From a virus, in the IMG/VR virus record IMGVR_UViG_3300032431_000001, positions 1 to 64,000 of that record: a DNA stretch of 64,000 nucleotides; one strand, 5' to 3'. The position numbers and the translations under genes were made by a program. The notes beneath the pieces are model-generated. The model was given only the letters and a program-made list of their open reading frames with translations. It was not told the origin of the DNA and did not search any database. How positions within the stretch are numbered: the first letter of the stretch is position 1; each line of letters opens with the position of its first letter. Below are positions 53,360-62,146 of this stretch, piece by piece.

Positions 53360-54437
53360 ACAGAAGGCTTTACTAAAAAGATGGTTTGGTGTTTCCCGGT
53401 TTGTTTTCAACGCAACAATTAAATTCTTACAACAACCAGGAACTCAAGCTAATTGGCTAGCAATTAAAACGGAACTTCTTAACTCGTTGCCGGATTGGGC
53501 ATCGGCAGTCCCATTCCAAATTAAATCAATTGCTATCAAAGATGCCTGCCAAGCTGTCAAAAAAGCCAAAGCGGATTTCAGAAAAGATGGGCAAGTTCGT
53601 CGTTGTAAATTTCGCAGTCGTAAAGATACAACGCAATCTGTTTTTATCCCCAAAACTGCCATCAAAGACTGTGGTATCTACCACACAATACTGGGTCGGT
53701 CAAAGCTGAAAGAGGCATTACCCAAAGGCTTCAGTGACGGAAGGTTAACGCTTGCCTATGGCGAGTATTACCTAATCGTCTCTGAAGAAGTGCAGCCACG
53801 TCAGACCGACAACCAAGGTCGCGTAGTTGCCTTAGATCCCGGAGTCCGCACATTTATGACCTTCTTTTCCGAGAATTCTTACGGGTATCTCGGCAATGAT
53901 TCCAATCTTCAAATTCAAAAACTGTGCTTCAAGTTAGACAAGCTAGTCTCTAAGATGAGTAAAGCTTCTAGCGCGCAGAAGAAGCGATTCAGAAAAGCAT
54001 CTGACAGGCTGAAGTCTCGAATTCAGCACATGGTGAAAGAGCTGCACTATAAAACTGCGAAGTTTTTGGTTGACAATTTCGATGTAATTTTACTACCGTC
54101 GTTTGAATCATCTCAGATGGTTAGCAAGTCACGTCGTAAGCTTCGTTCTAAAACTGTGCGTCAAATGCTTACACTGTCGCACTATCAGTTCAAGAAACAC
54201 TTAGAGTGGAAAGCTTGGGAATCGGGGAAAGTAGCCTTGACGGATATCAACGAAGCTTATACGTCTAAAACGGTTTCATGGACTGGGGAAATCAAGAAGA
54301 TTGGTGGCTCTCGCGTCATTAAAAGTGCGGACGGACGTTCTATGAACAGGGATCTAAATGGTGCTCGTGGGATCTTCTTGCGGGCATCGGTTGATACGCC
54401 TTGGTTGAGAGAACATCTTAACTTATGTATTTGTTAG
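53268..54437 (+). CDS. tnpB: TnpB (IS607-associated), zinc-finger cysteines absent
   Basis: Family homology begins at RKIRIFLSPEQKALLKRWFGVSRFVFN (about 53325). There is no in-frame ATG between 52911 and that point, so I propose TTG 53268. RuvC residues lie in ALDPGVRTF, LLPSFESSQM and NRDLNGARGI. The usual CxxC...CxxC is replaced by TSKTVSWTGE...IKSADG. Confidence 0.7.
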   Translation: MPSFTSSVAECTDLEATARRSRKIRIFLSPEQKALLKRWFGVSRFVFNATIKFLQQPGTQANWLAIKTELLNSLPDWASAVPFQIKSIAIKDACQAVKKAKADFRKDGQVRRCKFRSRKDTTQSVFIPKTAIKDCGIYHTILGRSKLKEALPKGFSDGRLTLAYGEYYLIVSEEVQPRQTDNQGRVVALDPGVRTFMTFFSENSYGYLGNDSNLQIQKLCFKLDKLVSKMSKASSAQKKRFRKASDRLKSRIQHMVKELHYKTAKFLVDNFDVILLPSFESSQMVSKSRRKLRSKTVRQMLTLSHYQFKKHLEWKAWESGKVALTDINEAYTSKTVSWTGEIKKIGGSRVIKSADGRSMNRDLNGARGIFLRASVDTPWLREHLNLCIC

Positions 54438-54521
54438 TGAAAATTAGCAAAAAAGTATCGGCGCTGCGTTTGCCTATGGATTCGTACTACTACGGTTCTG
54501 ACGAAGAAGAATAACAATAAA

Positions 54522-54556
54522 GCGGGCGATCGAATTAATTCAATCCGATCGCCCGC
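54522..54556 (+). terminator. palindromic terminator (HIP1-stem family)
   Basis: GCGGGCGATCGAATTAATTCAATCCGATCGCCCGC followed by TTTTG, about 85 nt after the tnpB stop. Confidence 0.65.
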
Positions 54557-54607
54557 TTTTGTTTGGATTTAATATATACTATTTGGAACCTCTCTTCTTT
54601 TTAATTT

Positions 54608-55267
54608 ATGTACTTAGCATCGATCACTAATACCGAGATTGCGGATGTACTGATCCGTCTCGACTCTACGCTACTCGATCCTGTAACAAAGCGCATTAAA
54701 CTACTGCCCGTGTCTGTTTATTCGGGAATCGACAGAACTGAACTACGGATCTGGTGTCACTACCGCGCTCGCTACCTTATCCCTACGATCGAGTTGATTA
54801 ATTGGTTGAGCGATCGGATAGATGGGCGACGGGCGATCGAAATTGGTGCAGGTAATGGCGATTTAGGTTATCACCTTGGAATTCTGGCGATCGATAACGG
54901 TTGCCAGCAGTACGCAAATGTTAAACTTGCTTATTTGATGTCAGGGCAAGTTCCAACAAATCCACCTGCCGACGTGAGACGGATCGACGCAATTCAAGCG
55001 ATTCACGATTATCGACCAGAAGTGGCGATCGGGGCGTGGATAACCGATAAATTTGTAGACGGTATCACTGAAGGAAATATGTACAGTCCCGATGGGCATC
55101 AGATCATCCAAAATGTCGAATATATCCGTATAGGCACGGAAAAGATTCATGGTCGTAGCAAAATCTTAGAATTTCCTCACGAAACCGTTAAACCTCCAGG
55201 GTTAGTATCGAGGACAAGCGTAAATCCGCCCGATGATGTCATTCATGTTTGGAAAAAATTGCAATAA
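54608..55267 (+). CDS. putative class I SAM-dependent methyltransferase-like protein
   Basis: 219 aa. RRAIEIGAGNGDLGYHLG resembles Rossmann motif I (E.G.G.G). ILAIDNG is a plausible acidic end of beta-2. Motif-level evidence only. Confidence 0.35.
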   Translation: MYLASITNTEIADVLIRLDSTLLDPVTKRIKLLPVSVYSGIDRTELRIWCHYRARYLIPTIELINWLSDRIDGRRAIEIGAGNGDLGYHLGILAIDNGCQQYANVKLAYLMSGQVPTNPPADVRRIDAIQAIHDYRPEVAIGAWITDKFVDGITEGNMYSPDGHQIIQNVEYIRIGTEKIHGRSKILEFPHETVKPPGLVSRTSVNPPDDVIHVWKKLQ

Positions 55268-55271
55268 AAAA

Positions 55272-55307
55272 AGACCGACCAATTAAATTCGATTAATTGG
55301 TCGGTCT
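55272..55307 (+). terminator. palindromic terminator
   Basis: AGACCGACCAATTAAATTCGATTAATTGGTCGGTCT with A-run/T-run, after stop 55267. Confidence 0.7.
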
Positions 55308-55316
55308 TTTTGTTGC

Positions 55317-55398
55317 CCTCTAGTTGAGCGCGCCGCGTTTTACGCTTGCTGCTCCACCCTCGTTACTCCGTTTGTTTCACGAGTTGCGGACTTTTGTT
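55317..55398 (-). repeat. right copy of the ~82-bp inverted repeat pair
   Basis: See 51370-51451. Each copy lies immediately 3' of a stop codon (51367 plus strand; 55404 minus strand), in the same orientation relative to that gene. Confidence 0.7.
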
Positions 55399-55403
55399 GC
55401 GGT

Positions 55404-56000
55404 TTACATACCGCTGATGCCGGATTGGAATCCGTCAACGAATCCGTTAAGGAACGGATTAACGTACACCACACACACCTTCACCAGAAAGATGAACAAT
55501 GTTAAAAACAGGTAGTACGAATGTTTTTTGTCTGCGGTCAATACCGCGTAAAACTGCGTTAGCCTGTCAAAGGCTAAACAGAGAAGCTCTAGTAAGAGCT
55601 TGAATACCATCAGGTATTCGAGTGCTGTTACCGCCGTTTCCGGCAGTGTGGCTAAAGCTATGATTAGTAAATTAGCTAATAAGCTAGCCTCGAAAATGAG
55701 TCTCGATGTTCCTGGTAACAGGAACATGAAGTACCCCGTTACCGCGACAGTGATTGCTATATAGCATGGGTTTAATCCAACGACATACGCCGCCCCCGCA
55801 CTAAGTGCGAGGGAAACTAGCCGATTGGGGATACTTCCTTGCGTAGTCTCTTTTAAATCCAAATAAACGGAATCTTCGACCTTCGTTTCTTTTTCCACTG
55901 CATTTGCCTTTGTGTCGGCATTTGCGAAGAATTTCGCGAACTTTGCTTGTGCTGCGTTTTTTACTGAGGCAGCACGGTCGTTGTTGTTTAAGATTGACAT
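55404..56000 (-). CDS. hypothetical membrane protein
   Basis: ORF track 55404..56066 trimmed to ATG 56000 (MSILNNNDRAAS...). Several hydrophobic segments (LALSAGAAYVVGLNPCYIAITVAVTGYFMFLLP; LLIIALATLP). Confidence 0.45.
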   Translation of the reverse strand: MSILNNNDRAASVKNAAQAKFAKFFANADTKANAVEKETKVEDSVYLDLKETTQGSIPNRLVSLALSAGAAYVVGLNPCYIAITVAVTGYFMFLLPGTSRLIFEASLLANLLIIALATLPETAVTALEYLMVFKLLLELLCLAFDRLTQFYAVLTADKKHSYYLFLTLFIFLVKVCVVYVNPFLNGFVDGFQSGISGM

Positions 56001-56169
56001 AATTTGTTGAACACCCGATTTGTTATTTGAATTTGGGTGTTTTTCTCCATACACATAATATATCATTATTCACACTTAAAGTCAAGTAAATATACTCAAT
56101 TCTAGTGATAAAAATGTTTTTAAATACCAATAAAAAAGGTGTTACTTGATTAGTAACACCTTTTATTAT

Positions 56170-56631
56170 TTAAACTTGCGTCTCAAACCATTGAGACATT
56201 ATCCCCATGAATTTCGATCTCAAGCTTCGATATTGTGAATTATTTTTTTGCAAGAGATCGATCGCCAGTAGATCGTCACCCTCGCAATTTATTGCCTTCA
56301 ATATAGCAATGGATGAATCGATCGCCCGCTCCACCCGACGGACGGTATGAACTTGGTGGGTAGCAATCTCTGATGAAATTACCACCTCACCGAACAAGGT
56401 TTCTAATGATTGCAAGGTAATGCGAGCGTACTCGCTACCATACCATGCGGCAAAACAACCACTTTCGAGGTACATATAGTCGAAAGTGTCCAAGGATACT
56501 GCATATCGCTGAATTAACGTGAGGGAAGCGTCGTATATCTCGGAAAGGGTAGCAGGACAGCCTGCTTTTTTGCGCGTAATGTTCATTGCCTGATACGCTA
56601 GTCTTTTTTGCTCGATATATTCTGTGAACAT
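56170..56631 (-). CDS. hypothetical protein
   Basis: 153 aa. A hairpin terminator lies at about 56136-56166. No family recognised. Confidence 0.5.
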   Translation of the reverse strand: MFTEYIEQKRLAYQAMNITRKKAGCPATLSEIYDASLTLIQRYAVSLDTFDYMYLESGCFAAWYGSEYARITLQSLETLFGEVVISSEIATHQVHTVRRVERAIDSSIAILKAINCEGDDLLAIDLLQKNNSQYRSLRSKFMGIMSQWFETQV

Positions 56632-56704
56632 GAGATCGTGTATAGACTACACAATCAATCTATCAAATACAAACCGTTATATCAAGCAATATCAGGACAA
56701 CGCT

Positions 56705-57127
56705 TCACTTTAATTTGACACCCATTTGCAATGCGATCGCCAGCACAAACCGTCTTGCTTCAATAGGGAGTCCTTGCTCCTCATAATGTGTGAAGGTTTC
56801 CTCACAAAGAGTCCTTGTGGCGATCCTATACATCGAATCATCAGCGTACTTATTGATCAGTGCTACCTGTTGCTTGCAATATTTCAGCGTTGCATAATCC
56901 ATTTTTCTTATTTCTCGATCAGCGCACTGTCTTTCGTTTTTTGTAAGTTTAAGCATTTCATGCTTAGACAACAGCGCCAGTAGGCTGGGATTTTCGTCGA
57001 TCAATACCCATTTAGAGTCGATCTTTTGCGTGTAATCACTCTTGCGGGCGATCGGGAACTCTTCTCGTTGATGTCCAAGAAGTCTAAATGTCCGATCGCC
57101 ATTATTACTGTATGGTACAAATTTCAT
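56705..57127 (-). CDS. hypothetical protein; first gene downstream of the group II intron
   Basis: 140 aa. The ATG at 57127 lies only ~15-20 nt downstream of the predicted intron 3' end. Confidence 0.5.
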   Translation of the reverse strand: MKFVPYSNNGDRTFRLLGHQREEFPIARKSDYTQKIDSKWVLIDENPSLLALLSKHEMLKLTKNERQCADREIRKMDYATLKYCKQQVALINKYADDSMYRIATRTLCEETFTHYEEQGLPIEARRFVLAIALQMGVKLK

Positions 57128-57183
57128 AAAATAGCCTGGTAGTTAGAGTCGATAGGGGCATTGCTACCCCTACCTCTCCTTCA

Positions 57184-57217
57184 GAACCGTGCATGAAACT
57201 TTCGTCTCACACGGCTC
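57184..57217 (-). ncRNA. group II intron domain V
   Basis: The minus strand reads GAGCCGTGTGAGACGAAAGTTTCATGCACGGTTC: 34 nt, AGC triad, GAAA tetraloop. This closely matches the domain V consensus. Confidence 0.85.
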
Positions 57218-57249
57218 CTTGATAAAACCACCCTTGTTATGGGTACGAT

Positions 57250-58971
57250 TCAAAACGGATTGTCGTCATAGCTCTTGTGGAGGGAGCCATCTGATGCCGT
57301 TTTTGTGTCATGACAATGTTTATGCAGAAGCTGAAGGTTTGTATACTCATCCTTCCCACCTAATGATTTAGGCGTTATGTGGTCAACTTCTACAATGTCT
57401 GTACTCGTAAAATACAAACCACAGTGAGAACAAATACCTTTTTGTTCCTTCAAGAGTTTTGACACTCTTGTCGGTGTTTCGGGATATTCTCCTCGTCTTT
57501 TGCTCCAGTAAATCCAGTCACCGTTATACGGACTAACATTACCCTTTACTTTGACGTGCCTTTTTATTGGTGTCGCTGCATGGTTACTTAGTTCTAGTCC
57601 ATTTTCAGTGCTGAAACACCAATTTCGGTCTTTTACTGTTCTCCAGTATTTGTCCTTATTGATGCTACCTTTTCCCCTCGTTCTTGCCCATGCTCTTAAT
57701 TTGTCGTAAGTTAAATGGTCACATTTTGAGAATGTTTCCTTACTTACAACTGTTGAGTAATAGTTTGACCATCCCCTAATGATTGGATTCAGCTTGCTAA
57801 TTAAAGCAGCTTGTGGGGTGGTTTTATGGGTGTCTATTACCTCAGCTATCTTAGCTAGATGAGCTTTTAATTTTGGCTTAGAAGGGGTGATTATTGTATT
57901 GAAACCTAATGGGATTCCGTGGGTATTCTTGGCACTTCTGTAGTTACCTACTTTGTACTGTTGCACATGGAATCCTAAAAATTCAAACCCAACATTTCCG
58001 TTGTATTCGTTGAGGGTGTGGGTTAATTTTGTTTTACTTGGTTTCAATTCCAGTCCTATGTCACCTAACCACTCTGTGATTATCTCTTGGCTTTTGAGGA
58101 TTACATTAATGTCTTCATGAATTATTACGAAGTCATCGGCGTATCGAATCAAGCTTAGGGCTTGGCGGTTATTATACTTGCTTAACCCCCCTTTTAGCGT
58201 TACCGCATATTGCTTAATCCTTTCCTCCATACCATGTAAAGCGATATTAGCCAATAGGGGTGATATGACTCCCCCTTGTGGTGTTCCCTCATTAGTCTGA
58301 GAGATATTACCTCTTTCCATTACCCCTGATTTTAACCAGCTTTTAATCTGTTTTCTCAGGGATGGGTATGTCTTAATCTTGTCTAGGAGTGTGTTGTGGT
58401 TTATGCGGTCAAAGCATTTTGAAATATCAGCATCTAGCACATATTTTGCTTTATATCTGATACTTAGAAATATTGCTTCAATCGCATCGTGACACGAACG
58501 TCCGGGTCTAAAACCGTAACTGTTAGGCTCGAATTTTGCCTCCCATTCCGGTTCTAACGCTATTTTTACAAGCGCTTGCAGTGCGCGGTCGTTTATTGTG
58601 GGGATTCCTAATGGTCTAGTTTCGGTTGTTCCTGGTTTTGGGATGTTAACCCTACGAGTGGGTTTTGCCTTGCCAGTAATCCTTAATGCTCCTACAAGGT
58701 TGGTACGCTGCTTTGGGGTCAACGATTTAACGCCATCCACTCCAGCAGTGTTTTTACCTTGATTATCTTGTGTTACCCGACGTACCGCGATACACTTTGC
58801 AGACCAAGACCTAATCAAGGTCTTTTGAAGTTTACGAACTGCTTTAACATCGCCACGCTCACTCGCTTGAAATATCCGCTTTTGCAACTTGAAAGTTATC
58901 CGTTCTAACTTACGCCAGTTAAGGTCTTTCCATTCCACCGTCAGATTGTTCTGCGTTTTAGACATTTTCAT
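57250..58971 (-). CDS. group II intron reverse transcriptase/maturase with HNH endonuclease domain
   Basis: 573 aa. RT motifs include LIRYADDFVIIH (YADD). A maturase/X region is present (...RGWSNYY...). C-terminal HNH: CSHCGLYF...VEVDHITPKSLGGKDEYTNLQLLHKHCHDTKT. Confidence 0.9.
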   Translation of the reverse strand: MKMSKTQNNLTVEWKDLNWRKLERITFKLQKRIFQASERGDVKAVRKLQKTLIRSWSAKCIAVRRVTQDNQGKNTAGVDGVKSLTPKQRTNLVGALRITGKAKPTRRVNIPKPGTTETRPLGIPTINDRALQALVKIALEPEWEAKFEPNSYGFRPGRSCHDAIEAIFLSIRYKAKYVLDADISKCFDRINHNTLLDKIKTYPSLRKQIKSWLKSGVMERGNISQTNEGTPQGGVISPLLANIALHGMEERIKQYAVTLKGGLSKYNNRQALSLIRYADDFVIIHEDINVILKSQEIITEWLGDIGLELKPSKTKLTHTLNEYNGNVGFEFLGFHVQQYKVGNYRSAKNTHGIPLGFNTIITPSKPKLKAHLAKIAEVIDTHKTTPQAALISKLNPIIRGWSNYYSTVVSKETFSKCDHLTYDKLRAWARTRGKGSINKDKYWRTVKDRNWCFSTENGLELSNHAATPIKRHVKVKGNVSPYNGDWIYWSKRRGEYPETPTRVSKLLKEQKGICSHCGLYFTSTDIVEVDHITPKSLGGKDEYTNLQLLHKHCHDTKTASDGSLHKSYDDNPF

Positions 58972-59628
58972 TGCTACTTGTTTGTATTTCTTTGGAATTA
59001 CCGTGTATCTGTCAGCATATCCTCATCATTAAAGTGAGGCATTCGCTTCTGATACAATCCTTCCCTCTTAAATCATTCGTTAGCTACTTACTGGATTTCG
59101 ACCTCTCCAGAGATTTAAAGGGGTTACTTCGTTCCGATTACACACGTTTGAATCCTTAGCGCGATGCTTTCCACCGGGTTTCTAGGTAATGCTTATAGGT
59201 CAATACCAAAATTGCCTATACCCTATCCTTGCCTTTTGGCTTGGTGTTAACCAGTCTTTACCGTGTTTCTCAACGGGTTTATTCATGATTCAGCCTTTAC
59301 ACCATTTAAAATCACGATGGTTCAAACACATCTTTGCTTGCGCTGCACATAGACTCCTGCTCGACAGTTACCGGGTTAGGCTCCTAGTAGTCTGCCTTTT
59401 AACCCCGCTTTAATCTGATGGGTGCTATCCATCGAACTAGGGGTTATGCTTTCACCGCTGCATCTGCGGGGTAGGTTTTGCACCTACTTGTATAATCAGT
59501 TGTCTGGCTAATGATGCCAGCCAGCCATCCCTGAGTATTTCTACTCATTTCGGCTAAACGAATCGCACTTGGTTTGTTTTAGCATAGCGCAAATGATATC
59601 ATTAATACATCCTCTCAAGGTAAATAAT

Positions 59629-60756
59629 ATGACTTCGCAAATAGCGCGTTATACAGATCGAACTAAAATCGACCCGTTAACGCAGTCCAGAACCTCAATC
59701 CGGTTCAAAAAGAAAGTCGTTAAATATGTTAACGGTTTCTCTGACGGTGGAATTGTTAGGTACGGGCGACTCGACGAATATGGAACTGTGAAAATCGGGT
59801 CAACTAAGGTAACTGTCACTTGGGATGATGGCAATCGTCGAATCTATTCGGCTTTCTACGACGAAGAAACGCAAACTCACTATTCTGCGCTAGAAATAGC
59901 CCAAGAATGCGGTTGTATAAAACCAGTTCCTTGGTTCATAGTGGGACAGACGATCGTGGTCATTCCGAAACCTGATGGCTCGATCGCTCTTCCCGAATGT
60001 GAGTATCAAGTTGTCTCTGTAGACGATAAATGGATAGAAATTCGACAAATATCGGGCGATCGCGTTGACAGATACCCGATCGGCGAGATACCTGGTTTTC
60101 CGTTCCGAACCGATGTCGTTATCAAAGAACGACCTCTACTACCAGTCCCTCCTCGCTACGAACTGAAACACACTGCTGGTAAGCATTACTTGTGGTACAA
60201 AGAGAACCTTGTCGATCTCATTAGTCAAAAAAGCAAGCTATATGCGGTCTTTAGAACGGAGCAAAGTAGCTTGAGTGATTCTGAAGAAGATTTCGTTTGG
60301 GCTTGGCGGGAAGAATGGAATCGGTACGCGCGAAGGCTAGCGCGAGATCGTGGTCACGGAGGGAAAACGATTGGGACACAGCTTTTTATTGAAGGGGCGA
60401 TCGAGACGCTAGCTGACTTCGATACGGAGAGCTTTGAATTCATAACCGATAAACATAGGCGGATTCCTTTGTTGCAGCTATATTTACATCCAGAACTGGC
60501 GATCGAAAAACTAGCTAACAACATTTTCATATTGACCGCTGGTGAATACATGGAAGCTCGTGTCGGATTCAACAACAAAGATAAAGCCCAAAAACGAGGG
60601 ACACTAATTAAGCGACTGTCTGGCTGTAAGAATCCGACTTTGATCACTGGCGAATTTACTGGATGTACTCACGAATGGCTGTTGTCTAACCCTTTTAAGC
60701 GGCTCGATACGTTCATGAGTCGCTTGATCGATCTGGCTTCGCGACTACCTGGATAA
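59629..60756 (+). CDS. hypothetical protein upstream of dnaN
   Basis: ORF track 59569 (a TTG directly abutting the intron end) trimmed to ATG 59629 (MTSQIARYTDRTK...). 375 aa, no domain recognised. A hairpin terminator lies at about 60760-60792. Confidence 0.5.
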   Translation: MTSQIARYTDRTKIDPLTQSRTSIRFKKKVVKYVNGFSDGGIVRYGRLDEYGTVKIGSTKVTVTWDDGNRRIYSAFYDEETQTHYSALEIAQECGCIKPVPWFIVGQTIVVIPKPDGSIALPECEYQVVSVDDKWIEIRQISGDRVDRYPIGEIPGFPFRTDVVIKERPLLPVPPRYELKHTAGKHYLWYKENLVDLISQKSKLYAVFRTEQSSLSDSEEDFVWAWREEWNRYARRLARDRGHGGKTIGTQLFIEGAIETLADFDTESFEFITDKHRRIPLLQLYLHPELAIEKLANNIFILTAGEYMEARVGFNNKDKAQKRGTLIKRLSGCKNPTLITGEFTGCTHEWLLSNPFKRLDTFMSRLIDLASRLPG

Positions 60757-60849
60757 ATAAACCCGTAATACAGTTATGTATTGCGGGTTTTATTTTGATC
60801 TCTGTCCCATTGTGTGTTAACTTTTGAGTTGTAGTGTATAAATGTAATC

Positions 60850-62019
60850 ATGCAATTCAGAACCAATCAATCCACGTTCGATGAGATTTTGTCTTTAACA
60901 AATAGAGCGATACCCAGCAAAGCTACACATCCTGTGTTAAGTTGCTTTCTGATCGAAGCGGACGCGACGCAAGATGCCGTGAGCGTGACTGGGTTTGACT
61001 TAGGCATGGGGATCAATGCCACGTTCTCGGCGATCGTCGAGAAAGGTGGAACGTGTGCCGTCCCGGCTAAGTTGCTGCTCGATATAGTTTCCCGACTACC
61101 AGAAGGCGAAATCGTTTTCAAGGTGAGCGACTTGTTGCTGACCTTGACAAACTCGTCGGGGAATTATGCGGTTCGGACGATGGAACCCGATGAATACCCC
61201 GAACTTCCCGATATTTCGGAAAATCCACTCTGGCAAATAGAGTTCAACCCGGAAGGGCTTGCTGCCGGAATTAGAAATACTGCTTTTGCCGCTTCGACAG
61301 ACGAAGCCAAGCAAGTTTTGAGCGGAATACATTTGAAGGTATCCGGTGGATACCTAGAGCTTGCCGCTACCGACGGACATCGATTATCTTTAACTTCTGT
61401 TATGTCGGGAGACGCAAGTGATGGAGAAGGTACGGAGTTCAAAGCGACAATTCCACTACGAGCCATGCGTGAAGTTGAGCGCCTGCTCCAGAGGTGTTCA
61501 GACCCGATCGTTTTGAATTTTTCAGAAGATCAAGTGTTGCTGCGGACGAAAGGTGATGGAAAAACCGCCACAATAGTGGCCCGCACTTTACAGGGAGCCT
61601 ACCCGAATTACCCGGATTTGATACCTCCAGTTTTCACGCAAAAAATCCTCGTCGATCGAAAAAGACTGCTTGCCAGCGTAGAACGTATTAACGTGTTCGC
61701 CCTGGGAAAATCCCCCGCTTGCCTATTTGCGATTTCCGAAGAAGATCAGTGTATCTCCCTTTCTAGCCAAACTCAAGATATCGGCAATGGTCGGGAGTCG
61801 ATCGCGGCGCAAGTCACTGGAACTGACATAACTTTTGGATTCAATATCAAATATCTCCTTGATATATTGAAGGCGGGTAACTCGCCAGAGATTGAACTTC
61901 ACGCGAATTCCGCGTTCGCCCCAGTGGTTTTCAAACCACTGGGAGGTGCGAATGTTACTTTTTTGATGATGCCTGTTCAACTGCGGGGTGGTAATAACGA
62001 GTCTACTAGAGTAAATTAG
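60850..62019 (+). CDS. dnaN: DNA polymerase III beta subunit (sliding clamp)
   Basis: 389 aa with full three-domain collinearity: SKATHPVLSCFLIEAD, VPAKLLLDIVSRLP, LELAATDGHRLSL, GAYPNYPDLIP, FGFNIKYLLDILK, FLMMPVQLR. Confidence 0.9.
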   Translation: MQFRTNQSTFDEILSLTNRAIPSKATHPVLSCFLIEADATQDAVSVTGFDLGMGINATFSAIVEKGGTCAVPAKLLLDIVSRLPEGEIVFKVSDLLLTLTNSSGNYAVRTMEPDEYPELPDISENPLWQIEFNPEGLAAGIRNTAFAASTDEAKQVLSGIHLKVSGGYLELAATDGHRLSLTSVMSGDASDGEGTEFKATIPLRAMREVERLLQRCSDPIVLNFSEDQVLLRTKGDGKTATIVARTLQGAYPNYPDLIPPVFTQKILVDRKRLLASVERINVFALGKSPACLFAISEEDQCISLSSQTQDIGNGRESIAAQVTGTDITFGFNIKYLLDILKAGNSPEIELHANSAFAPVVFKPLGGANVTFLMMPVQLRGGNNESTRVN

Positions 62020-62146
62020 CCCGATCGCCCGACAAACAAAACCGCCAGGAAATCCACCTGGCGGTTTTTTCTTGTTGAGTTCTAAAGTTGTGTTATTTAC
62101 ACGCCTAAAACACTGGTCTATTATAAGGTTATGCATTATTTTTTTT

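Larger units (their letters stand above)
52784..54437 (+). mobile_element. IS607-family element (serine-recombinase tnpA + tnpB); outer ends not defined
   Basis: The tnpA/tnpB pair overlaps in the arrangement typical of IS607. I could not delimit the element ends. Confidence 0.7.
57145..59568 (-). mobile_element. complete group II intron (about 2.4 kb) with RT-maturase-HNH ORF
   Basis: The 5' end is GTGCG at 59568 (minus). Domain V is at 57184-57217. A domain VI-like hairpin (GGTAGGGGTAGCAATGCCCCTATC) follows, and candidate 3' ends ...AC lie at 57148 or 57142. The ORF sits in domain IV. Confidence 0.85.

Noticed and set aside
8321-55307. Palindromic repeats as a possible CRISPR array or MITE family
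   Set aside because: Spacing is irregular (hundreds to thousands of bp). Each copy sits directly after a stop codon, flanked by an A-run and a T-run. Several sequence families exist. No cas genes are present. Their behaviour fits intrinsic terminators rather than CRISPR repeats. MITE-like mobility of the HIP1-stem family cannot be fully excluded.
57250-58971. Reverse transcriptase as a retron or diversity-generating retroelement
   Set aside because: The RT is embedded in canonical group II intron RNA (5' GTGCG, consensus domain V, domain VI hairpin) and has maturase and HNH domains. I saw no TR/VR repeat pair or msr/msd-like structure.
59569-59628. TTG 59569 as the start of the 395-aa ORF
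   Set aside because: It begins at the very nucleotide after the intron 5' boundary on the opposite strand, which is a coincidence of frame openness. ATG 59629 is the more plausible start.
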